41,370 bases of DNA, taken from NCBI GenBank assembly GCA_014728035.1, contig WJMJ01000016.1:1-41370 (forward strand), written 5' to 3'. Below, one piece after another: positions 17,666-28,300 of this stretch. The DNA comes from Promethearchaeota archaeon. Its GTDB lineage: Archaea; Asgardarchaeota; Thorarchaeia; Thorarchaeales; Thorarchaeaceae. The position numbers were made by a program, and so were the translations under genes. Position 1 is the first letter of the stretch. Each line of letters starts with the position of its first letter. Below the pieces are notes generated by a model. The model worked only from the letters and a program-made list of their open reading frames with translations, ran no database searches and had not been told where the DNA came from.

Positions 17666-20600
17666 TTATGCAACAATTTTCACAGGGCGCAAATTGACAA
17701 CCTTATGACTACCATCTTCAGCATCGTATTCCACCATGCCTACTAATTCACCCTCTGCACCGGGTTGAAGCTCAAAGGCTAATTCGGTCACTGTGAGATT
17801 GCCAGGTTCAACTGTACCAATGGTATCGCTCAGGATAGTGTCGGTCAAATCGGGTACACCAAGCACTACCTGTACGTTTTGCATTATCTTGGTTGAATCA
17901 TTCCGAACAACCACCGCAAAGACAACTTTGCCCTCACGAATCTTGTACTCGACCACAATATCCATACCCGGCTCTAGACCAGGACTTGCAGGTTCGGCTG
18001 TTGTGATGAATTCCTCAACACTTAGACGTTGACGAAGCTTGGTGGCAATTATTCCTAGAACAAGAATCAATCCAAGCAGGGTACTTACGGGATATCCCCA
18101 GTGAAGATTGGGGTCGAAGTCCATTGAGTCATTCAATCCGTCCATATCAGAGTCAACTGAGAGTGGGTCAGTCCCGTATACGAAGATTTCTTCATAATCG
18201 GTCAGTGAATCTCCATCGGTATCTGCAGAATTTACGTCAGTATGATATGTGTTGTATTCCAGCCCATCGATTATCATGTCTTGATCCGTATCATTATTGG
18301 TTGGGTCACTCAATGAAACCATGATTTCAAAGTAGTCATCAAGCCGATCAAGGTCTGTATCTTCTTCAAAGGGATCAGTTCCATGTGTAACGACTTCATC
18401 GTAATCAGTAACACCATCAAAATCAGTATCTTCGTTATTGGGGTCAGTTCCCCAAGTGTCGACTTCCTCAAAGTCTGTAAGTCTATCTTGGTCACTATCT
18501 GGTTCAGTTGGATCCGTTAAGGTCACTGCAATCTCCTGTGAGTCAGTTAAACCATCTTGGTCACTATCACTAGAGAGCGGATTGGTTCCATACTCGATTT
18601 CAGCCCCATCAAGGATATTATCCTGGTCCGAGTCGGGATTCATAGGTTCGGTTCCGTATTCTAATACTTCCTCTCCATCTTCTAAATTATCATTGTCACT
18701 ATCCTTGTCAAGAGGATGTGTTCCGTAGACTCTTAACTCCTCCAAGTTTCCAAGTCCATCTTGGTCAGAGTCGTAATCTGCATCATTAATACCTCCAAAG
18801 GTAGCTGCCTTGGTGGGGTCGGTATCAGTGAGTTCTACCTCCTCCCAGTCTGAGAGCTGATCTGAGTCAGTATCATTTGAGAGAGGGTTGCATTCATAAT
18901 CCAGGACCTCTACACCATCTTCAAGATTGTCTTGATCTGTATCTTTGCTAAGTGGGTCAGTGCCGTACTCATCCACCTCTTCAAAGTCGGTCAAATCATC
19001 TCTATCAGTATCTTCATGCAAAGGATCAGTACCATAATCGTCTATCTCTTCACCGTTGGTGAGTTCATCACCATCTTCATCATCATTGTAATCAGAGAGA
19101 CCATCCCCATCAGTGTCCTTCAACCTCGGATCGGTTTCAGTAAGTACACATTCTTCATAGTTTGTCAGGAGGTCTCGATCCTCATCATCTAATCCATCAA
19201 TAATGCCATCATTATCTGAGTCATTATCTCGTGGATCGGTCAGAGTAAGCAGTATCTCGTGTTCGTTTGACAGTGTGTCATTGTCGATATCCCAATCAGC
19301 ATCGGATATACCAGTAAGACTGGTACTGTAGAGATTTGGATTAGTTAGAGTAAGATTCACTTCGTGGTAGTCCGTGAGACCATCGTTATCGCTGTCTTTT
19401 TCACGAGGATTCGTGCCCAAAATAATTTCTTGCCCATCAAGTAGCAAATCATTGTCACCGTCTTCCTCAAGAGGGTCTGTATTGTAGATGTTCAATTCTT
19501 GCCCATCAGTGAGTAGGTCATCATCTGTATCTTCATCTAATGGATCAGTCTCAAAGACCTTGATCTCATCGTAATCGCTAACGCCATCTTGGTCAGTATC
19601 AGACGAATTGAGTAATGTGTGCCAAGTTAGAGCTTCTTCTCCATCCTCAAGCAAGTCACCATCAGTGTCTCTATTGTTGGGGTCACTAGAATAACGGAAT
19701 AGTTCGTCCCAGTCATCAATCAAGTCACCATCAGTGTCCACTTCACGAGGCGATGTGTCACTTACGAATATCTCATAGTAATCAGACAAAGCATCTCCAT
19801 CAGTGTCAATCAAAGTGCAGTTAGTTTCGTATTGGTATATTTCATCAAAGTTGCTTATTCCATCTGCATCTTCATCGTCATCACGGTCAGAGATGCCATC
19901 TTCATCAGTGTCTGAAACAAGGGGGTCTGTATGACTATTGAACAGCTCGTCGTTGTCAGCAATGCCATCAAAGTCAGAGTCTTCTTCAAGAGGGTTTGTC
20001 CCATAGATATTGACCTCTTCTCCGTCTTCCAACGAGTCGAAGTCTGAATCGAAGTTCTCTGGGTCTGTACCCTCCTCTAGCTCTTCCTTATCAGTGAGAC
20101 CATCATCATCTCCATCTGCTTGGGTTGGGTCAGTATCATATATTTTCCATTCTTCGTAATCAGAGAGACCGTCCTGGTCGGTGTCATTGTTATTGGGGTC
20201 AGTACCTAAATCCAGCTCTTTCTTATCCAGAATTAGGTCGTTATCCGAATCGCTTGAATTCGGATTAGTTCCGTAGTCGTTTACCTCAGCTCCATCACTT
20301 AATTGGTCGCCATCGGTGTCCCAATTTGTAGGAGAGGTCTCAGAAGTATAGACCTCATAATAATCAGATAAATCGTCAGAATCAGAGTCGGTTCCTGTAG
20401 GGTCGGTTCCATAGAGGTAATACTCATCATAGTCTGAAATCTGATCATTGTCAGAATCTTTGTCAGTTGGAGATGAACCTACAATATTGACTTCAAAACC
20501 ATCCTCAAGCAGGTCTCCATCAGTGTCTTTATTGGTTGCGTTAGAATGATAGCCATATATCTCGAGTCCGTTTGAGAGACCATCCCAGTCTGAGTCTAGA

Positions 20601-23600
20601 TCATAATCCGAAGTACCATTATCATAGGTGCTGAATTTTGCAGGATCTAATCCAAGGTCATTTACCTCAAAACCATCATATAATTGGTCGCCATCACTAT
20701 CTGTCAGAAGAGGGTCTGTACCATAGGTAAATATCTCTTCATAATCAGTCAGAAGGTCGGAATCCGTATCTTGCTCAAGAGGATCAGTATTGTATGTTAG
20801 AATTTCAGGGCCATCGTAAATTCCGTCATCATCTGTATCAGCATCACCAGGAGATGTATCATAGAGATCGATTTCGTCCCCATTGGAAATACCATCTGAA
20901 TCACTATCTTCATCATAGTCACTTGTGGAATCTCCATCAGAATCACTCAGAGTTGGGTCAGTTTCAGTAATCTCTACTTCTGTGAAATCATCTAGTCCAT
21001 CTGAATCGGTATCCTCCAAAGTTGGATTAGTGCCATGCTCGTGGACTTCGGCTCCATCCAGAAGCCCATCCGAATCAGTATCATTGTTGAGGGGATTGGA
21101 ACCCCATATGAGTTCATCACCATCGTCCAATTCATCTTGGTCAGTATCTGCTACTGCAGGGTCGGTTTCATACTGGTCCACAACCCCATCGTGGTCGATA
21201 TCTTCATCCCCATCAAGAATGCCGTCATCATCTGTATCGCTATTAGTAGCATTCCAGCCAGCATTAATCTCAATTCCATCCTTTATGCCATCAGAATCGG
21301 TATCTGCTAGAATGGGATTAGTATTGTATGTCCGAATCTCATCAACATTTGACAACCCGTCATTATCAAAGTCATCATCTGCATCATTGATACCGTCATC
21401 ATCCGAATCGCTCAAGTTCGGGTCTGTACCCACCTCATTGACTTCTTCTGCATCGGTTAAACCATCTTGGTCTGTATCTTGACTTAGAGGGTCGGTCTCT
21501 GCATTGAACTCTTCAAGATTGGTAAGACCATCATCATCGAGGTCTTCTTCCCAGTCGTAGTCGCCATCATCGTTAGTATCATTATACAACGGGTCAGTTT
21601 CGCTCATGAATACCTCGAACCAGTTAGGAAGATTGTCACCATCCTCATCATCATCATAATCAGAGATTCCGTTGTTGTTAGTATCAGTATCATTAGTGAG
21701 GGTATGAGTGAAATAGAATTCTATCCCATTACTCAAATCATCTCCATCAAAGTCCTCATCATAATCAGAGATGGAGTCATCATCTGAATCTTCATCAAGT
21801 GGGTCTGTACCAAGGATAAGGACCTCATGCCCGTCATTTACTCCATCCTCATCGGTGTCCTGATTTCGAGGCAACGTGCCGTTAAGATATTCTTCGTAAT
21901 TCGTCAACAAGTCCAAATCTAAATCTTCCAAATCGTCATTTATCGAGTCTAAATCAGAATCAACAAGGGTCGGATTAGTCTTAGTGAAGTAAATTTCAAA
22001 TCCGTTTGGGAGATTGTCACCGTCATAGTCATAGTCATAGTCATTTAGAGTGTTTACTGGGTCTGTAGAAAAGGGGTCCGTAGGATCGAAGGTGGGATAG
22101 TGGTCCACTTCGTACTTGTCACCAACACCATCGGAATCAGAATCAACATTGGTTGCATTGGTACCCCAGGTTATTACCTCAGCGTAATCGGATAGCTTGT
22201 CACCATCAGAGTCACTATTTGTGGCATTTGTTTCATAGGTGAATATTTCAGCATAATCAGAAAGCCCATCAAGGTCTGTGTCATTTGAGTTTGGATCGGT
22301 TTCATAGATATCTACTTCTTGACCATCCAGAAGCCCATCTGAATCAGTATCATTGTTTAGAGCATCGGTATTATAGGTCTCAATTTCCTCAAAATCATCA
22401 AGGCCATCAGAATCAGAGTCAGCATCTATTGGATTGGTTCCATAAGTAACATATTCTTCATAGTCGTCGAGTCCATCTTCATCAGAGTCTGCTTTTCTAG
22501 GATTAGAATGAACAATCATAACTTCCTCATAATCTGTTAGTTGATCATCATCAGTATCTTCATCGATAGGAGAGGTCTTCCAAGTCTTTACCTCCGCTCC
22601 ATCATTCAGATTATCAGAGTCTGAATCAGAATCTAAGGGATCAGAACCTACTGAGATCTCTTTCCAATTTGCAAGATTATCACCATCTTCGTCATCATAA
22701 TAATCAGATAGACCGTCCCCATCCGTATTTGGGTCATTAGGGTCAGTCTCGGTAAGTCGTACCTCCTCAATATTTGACAGACCGTCCCCATCATTATCGT
22801 CTTGTGCGTCATTTATACCGTCATCGTCTGAATCGCTATCAAGAGGGTCAGTTGCAGTGATATTATTCTCCTCATAATCATCAAGTTGATCGAGGTCAGA
22901 ATCAGCAGCATTGGGATTGGTTCCAAGAAATACCTCTTGCCAGTCGGTTAGTAAATCGTCATCTGAATCTTTATCATTTGGATCAGTATCATGTGTGATG
23001 ACTTCTGCAAAGTCTGAAAGTTTATCAGAGTCAGAATCAGGATTCAAAGGGTCAGTATCGTAATTAAGTACCTCTTCACCATCATCCAAATTGTCATTAT
23101 CACTGTCAGCATCGTTCACAAGTGTTCCTTCAATGAGAGTTTCACGAGCGTCCGCAAGACCATCTTTATCCTGATCCAATCCATAGACTTGAAACTGTCC
23201 ATTATTCAGACCAAGCGTGAATTCATCATTTCCATTCGAGTCAATATCACCAGCGTCAATAACACCTACGAAGCCGAACAAATCGTAGGATACCACTCGA
23301 TACCCAGTTGCATTATAGACAATTGCATCGCCACCAGTAGTAGTAGCAAGCAGTTGAGGGTTAGCAAGTCCACCGATATTAGTAACCAGTATTTCCTCAA
23401 GAGCAGCAGGAAGAGTCTTGTTCCATCTTAGACTGAAAGAGGTATTGTACACTCGTAATTCGCCAGCCGTGGTACCCACCATGATTTCTTTTGTTCCACC
23501 AACTACAAGGTCGGATGTTTTCAAAGAGGTTATTCCATCATCCAAGATTTCTGAGTCTAGTGGCGTTCCATTATTCCAACGAATTCGAACATCACCATTC

Positions 23601-24367
23601 GATGTGCTATAAAGAATCTCGGGATTAGCTGTGTCAAAGATATCAGCTGAAGCCAGACCAGTTATCTGATGGCTTGTAGAAACACTCCAGAGTGAGGAAC
23701 CATTACTTCTGAGGAGTGCAATTCTACCACCATTAGAGCCAGTTAATACCTCAGATTTGCCATCTAGGTCTACATCTACTGCATGCACTTGACGGACAAA
23801 CCCATTTGATGTATAACTCCAGAGTTGAGTAGAGTTGATACCATATGCATAGGCACGGAAATTATCACAACCGACGATAATCTCATCAATGGCATCGCCA
23901 TCCAAATCACCAGTATCTATTGCACGAACTGGGTCAGGAAGTGTCACATTAAGAAGAACAGTTTCATTTGCAGCAATAAGAAGAATACCCTGATCGGTTC
24001 CAACCAGCATCTCATCAATACCGTCACCATCTACTTGCATAGAGGTGAGAATGTGAGGTGTTGAGCCAATATCTAACTGCCACAACTTTGTGTTATAATT
24101 ATCAAACACAAATAACGTGCCATTTTGTGTAAGTATAGCTATTTCGTCACCTGCATCCCCATCAAGATTCAACATCTTCAAATCGACGATTTGGGAGCCC
24201 GTAGTATTCTCAAATACAATTGAGACCTGGTAGGGAGATATTTCTGAGAGTACTAAAGATGAGTCTTCTATCTGTAGAGATACTGAATTATAGGTTCCAG
24301 CAGGGCTCTGCAGAGCAAGAACTACACAGATGACAGCCGCAGCTATAACGATATGGTGAGCTTTCAT
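17666..24367 (-). CDS. Giant single-pass surface protein: signal peptide, FG-GAP/VCBS-like beta-propeller, ~65 thrombospondin type-3-like Ca-binding repeats, TM helix, cytoplasmic beta-sandwich domain
   Basis: Signal MKAHHIVIAAAVICVVLAL. DxDGDxxxE(I/V)xxG blades, DxDxDGLxDxxE...TDP repeats, and TM WGYPVSTLLGLILVLGIIA followed by KLRQR. Start placed at ATG 24367, which forms an ATGA overlap with the upstream stop (2233 aa). Confidence 0.88.
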   Translation of the reverse strand: MKAHHIVIAAAVICVVLALQSPAGTYNSVSLQIEDSSLVLSEISPYQVSIVFENTTGSQIVDLKMLNLDGDAGDEIAILTQNGTLFVFDNYNTKLWQLDIGSTPHILTSMQVDGDGIDEMLVGTDQGILLIAANETVLLNVTLPDPVRAIDTGDLDGDAIDEIIVGCDNFRAYAYGINSTQLWSYTSNGFVRQVHAVDVDLDGKSEVLTGSNGGRIALLRSNGSSLWSVSTSHQITGLASADIFDTANPEILYSTSNGDVRIRWNNGTPLDSEILDDGITSLKTSDLVVGGTKEIMVGTTAGELRVYNTSFSLRWNKTLPAALEEILVTNIGGLANPQLLATTTGGDAIVYNATGYRVVSYDLFGFVGVIDAGDIDSNGNDEFTLGLNNGQFQVYGLDQDKDGLADARETLIEGTLVNDADSDNDNLDDGEEVLNYDTDPLNPDSDSDKLSDFAEVITHDTDPNDKDSDDDLLTDWQEVFLGTNPNAADSDLDQLDDYEENNITATDPLDSDSDDDGINDAQDDNDGDGLSNIEEVRLTETDPNDPNTDGDGLSDYYDDEDGDNLANWKEISVGSDPLDSDSDSDNLNDGAEVKTWKTSPIDEDTDDDQLTDYEEVMIVHSNPRKADSDEDGLDDYEEYVTYGTNPIDADSDSDGLDDFEEIETYNTDALNNDTDSDGLLDGQEVDIYETDPNSNDTDLDGLSDYAEIFTYETNATNSDSDGDKLSDYAEVITWGTNATNVDSDSDGVGDKYEVDHYPTFDPTDPFSTDPVNTLNDYDYDYDGDNLPNGFEIYFTKTNPTLVDSDLDSINDDLEDLDLDLLTNYEEYLNGTLPRNQDTDEDGVNDGHEVLILGTDPLDEDSDDDSISDYDEDFDGDDLSNGIEFYFTHTLTNDTDTNNNGISDYDDDEDGDNLPNWFEVFMSETDPLYNDTNDDGDYDWEEDLDDDGLTNLEEFNAETDPLSQDTDQDGLTDAEEVNEVGTDPNLSDSDDDGINDADDDFDNDGLSNVDEIRTYNTNPILADTDSDGIKDGIEINAGWNATNSDTDDDGILDGDEDIDHDGVVDQYETDPAVADTDQDELDDGDELIWGSNPLNNDTDSDGLLDGAEVHEHGTNPTLEDTDSDGLDDFTEVEITETDPTLSDSDGDSTSDYDEDSDSDGISNGDEIDLYDTSPGDADTDDDGIYDGPEILTYNTDPLEQDTDSDLLTDYEEIFTYGTDPLLTDSDGDQLYDGFEVNDLGLDPAKFSTYDNGTSDYDLDSDWDGLSNGLEIYGYHSNATNKDTDGDLLEDGFEVNIVGSSPTDKDSDNDQISDYDEYYLYGTDPTGTDSDSDDLSDYYEVYTSETSPTNWDTDGDQLSDGAEVNDYGTNPNSSDSDNDLILDKKELDLGTDPNNNDTDQDGLSDYEEWKIYDTDPTQADGDDDGLTDKEELEEGTDPENFDSDFDSLEDGEEVNIYGTNPLEEDSDFDGIADNDELFNSHTDPLVSDTDEDGISDRDDDEDADGISNFDEIYQYETNCTLIDTDGDALSDYYEIFVSDTSPREVDTDGDLIDDWDELFRYSSDPNNRDTDGDLLEDGEEALTWHTLLNSSDTDQDGVSDYDEIKVFETDPLDEDTDDDLLTDGQELNIYNTDPLEEDGDNDLLLDGQEIILGTNPREKDSDNDGLTDYHEVNLTLTNPNLYSTSLTGISDADWDIDNDTLSNEHEILLTLTDPRDNDSDNDGIIDGLDDEDRDLLTNYEECVLTETDPRLKDTDGDGLSDYNDDEDGDELTNGEEIDDYGTDPLHEDTDRDDLTDFEEVDEYGTDPLSKDTDQDNLEDGVEVLDYECNPLSNDTDSDQLSDWEEVELTDTDPTKAATFGGINDADYDSDQDGLGNLEELRVYGTHPLDKDSDNDNLEDGEEVLEYGTEPMNPDSDQDNILDGAEIEYGTNPLSSDSDQDGLTDSQEIAVTLTDPTEPDSDQDRLTDFEEVDTWGTDPNNEDTDFDGVTDYDEVVTHGTDPFEEDTDLDRLDDYFEIMVSLSDPTNNDTDQDMIIDGLEYNTYHTDVNSADTDGDSLTDYEEIFVYGTDPLSVDSDMDGLNDSMDFDPNLHWGYPVSTLLGLILVLGIIATKLRQRLSVEEFITTAEPASPGLEPGMDIVVEYKIREGKVVFAVVVRNDSTKIMQNVQVVLGVPDLTDTILSDTIGTVEPGNLTVTELAFELQPGAEGELVGMVEYDAEDGSHKVVNLRPVKIVA
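18107..23176 (-). repeat. Coding tandem repeat array (bacterial-type TSP3 repeats)
   Basis: About 65 units of 22-23 aa by manual count, about 15 preceded by a 11-12-aa short module. The units are highly diverged at nucleotide level. Confidence 0.9.
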
Positions 24368-25344
24368 TTTTTGGTTCCTCCGGTAGATTTCTGTTTCCAA
24401 GGTTTAACAGCAAAGTAATCGAAAAAGTCACTCTCAACAAGACTGACTTCATCAAAGGGAATCTTCATTTCATTAAGACTAGAAATCAGAGTCAGCAAGT
24501 GCTTCTCTGGATTATCTATGAATATTTTTAGGGCATTTCTTCCAGCGCGCGATGTATATTCAACACCCGGAAGTTGGTCAATCATCGCAACTGCTTCTTG
24601 GCGCATTTTAGGAAGGGTCACCCGCAAACTCTCACCTTTTCCAGGAAGAGTAGATATCAAGTCTGCTGGTGTACCAAATTGACTAACATACCCAGCTTCA
24701 AGAAGACAAACACGAGAGCAATAGTCAACAATCTCCAAGTCGTGAGAAATAATGACCATAGTTGTCCCCAATTCATAATTGAGTGACTTAAGATAGTTCA
24801 AGGTCTCATGTCGTAAATGTGCATCCAGTCCGGTCGTGGGCTCATCAAGCAATAATACTGGAGGGTCGTGAATCATTCCAAGACAGATAGAAACTCGTTT
24901 TCGTTCTCCACCAGAGAGCTTCTTTACAGCTTTTGTCATAAGCTCCTCGTCAAATCCGAGGATAGCTAGTATGTTTCGAGACCGTTCTTCTATCTCTGGA
25001 GGGCGCATACCAAAACAACGACCAAAGAATTGAGCATTTTGTAAAGGAGTGAAATCATAATACAGACTCAAGTGTTCAAGCTGAGGTACATATCCAACCA
25101 ATAAGCTGATGAGATCACGCTTCTTAGTTACATCATATCCACCCACATACGCGTCACCAGCAGTAGGAGAAATTTGACCAGTAAGAACTCGAAGGACAGT
25201 TGTCTTTCCTGCACCCGAAGCTCCGATAATTCCAAGGAATTCTCGTTTATTTGCAAAGAAGGACACACCTTTCAGTGCATAAAAGTCTCCAAAAGCAACC
25301 TTCAAATCAATGATATCAATTTCTCGTTTTACGTCTTTGGACAA
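24364..25344 (-). CDS. ABC transporter ATP-binding protein (ABC-2/DrrA/GldA-like)
   Basis: Walker A GASGAGKT, signature LSGGE, Walker B LLLDEPT, H-loop SHD. Start placed at TTG 25344 behind GGAGGTG. Confidence 0.93.
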   Translation of the reverse strand: MSKDVKREIDIIDLKVAFGDFYALKGVSFFANKREFLGIIGASGAGKTTVLRVLTGQISPTAGDAYVGGYDVTKKRDLISLLVGYVPQLEHLSLYYDFTPLQNAQFFGRCFGMRPPEIEERSRNILAILGFDEELMTKAVKKLSGGERKRVSICLGMIHDPPVLLLDEPTTGLDAHLRHETLNYLKSLNYELGTTMVIISHDLEIVDYCSRVCLLEAGYVSQFGTPADLISTLPGKGESLRVTLPKMRQEAVAMIDQLPGVEYTSRAGRNALKIFIDNPEKHLLTLISSLNEMKIPFDEVSLVESDFFDYFAVKPWKQKSTGGTKK

Positions 25345-25345
25345 T

Positions 25346-28300
25346 TTATACACCTCCAACAGTATCACTAACATCACTGAACTCTTGAAGCCCCTCTCGA
25401 AGGCTTACCATAAGACCACGTATCAACTCAACCTTTTGTATGCGATCAATATCTTTTCGTTGAATGATTTCTTGCATCTGGATAAAGATAGCAAGGAGAG
25501 TATTGAGACTGGTATCTATATCATTCATTAGACGAGTGTCTAGTTCAGGGATCCGATAGCGTTTCCCACGACGATATTTATTCAGGAATAATCCTGCAAA
25601 TAGAGCTCCAAATACACCAACAGATGTGATGACTGCGATGAATACCATATTGAAGAGAGTTCCGTTTCCATCTGGTGTAGTATCTGCTTCTTGGTATAGT
25701 TCGAAGCTTGTTGAAGCATATGTTGCAGCATAATCCTCATCTATAATTATGAAGATTCCATTGATTCGTCCTTCGTCATTGTAATATGAAGGAGTGAATT
25801 GAGATGAATAGAGACCATCTTGTACAAATCCCGCTATGAAAAATTTCATCTCGCCGTCAGGGAGTTCAAACACTATAGCTACGAATAGATCGTTTACTGG
25901 TTCACCCCAATAATCGGATATTTCGAGGTTAAGATAGACGCTTTGACCAACAGGATATCTTGTTCGATTTTCTGCTAGACTCGCTTGCGCGGTAAGTGTG
26001 TTTCTTAGAAGATAGTCATTGAGGTTATCAAGAAGGATACTGTTATTGCATTCGACCAGATATTTGTTCATGAATATCCGAGATGAACCAAATAGAACCA
26101 ACTCAGGTGTTGTGCTGTCCATTAGAGCTACTGGTCGCCCGTTGATAGAAGCTATTACGTTTGATTCGTTATTCAGAATGTACGAGCCACCATTAAGATA
26201 GAGACATTCGATTCCGGCTCCTAGCATTGATTGGGTTGCAATTTCTGTTGTGTTATCCTTATCATGTTCGCCTTTCATTTCATATCCAAATTCGAAAAGT
26301 AGGGAGTTGATTGCGGTCAGATTGGCACGATCATCATTATCGCCGAACAAAATGAGTTTTCCACCATCACGTGTAAAGTTTGACAAAATTTCTACATCTG
26401 ATGCATTAAACAATTCCGTGGGACTAAATATCATAACTCCTGCAAACTGCTGTAATAGATCGGGATCAAGTTCCATACCCGGAGTTTCCACCAAATCAAG
26501 TCCCGCCATTCTCATGGTTTTCTTTAGTTCGGATAGACCTGAAAATGTTGTTAGTCGGAATGATTCCATAAAATCATCAAGTGACCCCAAATCATCTAAA
26601 TCTCCAATTCCTACATCCATTGAAAAGCCAGAGTCATCATCTTCTTCCGAATCCTGTGCAAGAGGTAAGGAGAAATTCATATCTCCTCCGAGGTCACCAC
26701 CTAAATCTACATCGCCTCCTATGTCAAAGCCACCACCATGTGATGTGTCTAACAGATACATAGCCCGTGGATACTGTAACTCTCGTTCCAATGTGATATT
26801 GGTAGTCCACCCAAATTCTGTAGATATAACATAGTCACATCTGTGATACCCATCCATTGTTATTGGAGGTGCTAGGAGAAATAATGAAAAATTGTAATAG
26901 CTTGTGATACTTTCTGCGTCATTGAGAGAAACATTACCCCAATCAGTTGCGTTGCCATATTTCTTAACAGTAAGATTTCCAAGTTCTACTGTAGTTGATA
27001 CAACAAATGTATAGAGTCCAAAATCTGCAGGAAAATGAATATCAAATGGTGCAAAGGGGAGAACTTTTGGAAACACTGATGTGGACTCGATAGGCGTTAC
27101 TACAAAAAGGTCACGTATTACAAAGTCATCTAATATGGTTAAACCAGTAGTTAGAAGGTTAGTAGTAGGGTTGGCAAAGAGGTCAAGAGCGTCACCAATT
27201 CCTGTCGATACAAGCCAAGCTGCTGAATAGACGTCCTCAAGTTCGGGGCTCCATTCTGCAACCATTACTTCTGCTTGGAACGGCTGAAGTACATCATATT
27301 GGAAATAATTAGCAAAGAGAGTCCCTTCAGTTTCTTCACCTTTACCAACAATCATGGCTGCTGTTACTGTTGAATTCTCCTCCCCGATATTCATCACAAC
27401 AGCACGAGAAGAATAACTTCTTCCCACCCGAGCAACACGGGGCAAGTCAGCTTCTACGACTATCAAGTCACCTCGATTAACAAAAGTTGCTGGAACGTCC
27501 AGTTCCCACATGGTAGTAATAGATTCATCAAGAAGTGTACGATTCTCGCCAAATCCCATTGCGATAGTTACATTCGAGGGGATATTGGTTTCTAACACTC
27601 CAAAGTCCCACTTCATGCCTAATCCAACAGACCCATCAAAAGTAGTAGATCCATTTAATGCATCATCAGCAATGTGGGATGAAATTTCCGATGAATTGCC
27701 TACTTCAAACCCAGATAGTGGAATACTAGAGTTCATCCCAAAGTAGAAGCTATTGTAATCCTCAGAGATACTATAGGCAAACAATTGCTGGTTTTCTATA
27801 GCATACTTTCCATGGTCATTTTCACCATCAAGAAACAAATCCAAAGAATATGAACAAAATAAACTAACATTGGCAATTGCATTCTGACCCAAATTAAGTA
27901 CAAAAGGTGTTATTCTATACCCGGTTATTGGTTGGTTAGTCGTGAGTGTAAGATTGTACGATTCAACCAGAAGAGTAACATAAATCTGGTCTTCGTAAGA
28001 CAAGACACCAATCCACCGATTATAATTATTAAAATCGCTAGCTACTACAACCTGATGCATCTCACGTTTCACATCAAATTGCATGAGATTCATTGGGTCA
28101 TTATCATTCCATCTTAATGAGAACATACCCATCAGAAGATGTATTCCCGTATCTTCTCCACGTTGGTCAAGTGCTAATACAGAAGTTCCAAAACTGCTCA
28201 TGAGCAAAGAAGTTGATGCATCTTGAGCACTTGATGTCAGTAATCCGATAGCTAGCAAAGGAGTACCAGTAGTTCGGTTTGTTGCATCTCCAGGTTTTTG

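Noticed and set aside
18107-23176. CRISPR array or DNA-level tandem repeat
   Set aside because: The periodicity is at protein level within one open frame. There are no identical nucleotide repeats with unique spacers.
17666-24367. True integrin-alpha or thrombospondin ortholog
   Set aside because: No thigh/calf domains, GFFKR motif, Cys pattern or TSP C-terminal lectin domain. FG-GAP and TSP3 repeats are widespread in prokaryotes.
18438-26834. Ser-rich plus-strand ORFs (e.g. 18438-18728, 20925-21482, 26250-26834)
   Set aside because: Antisense consequence of Asp/Glu-rich codons on the minus strand.
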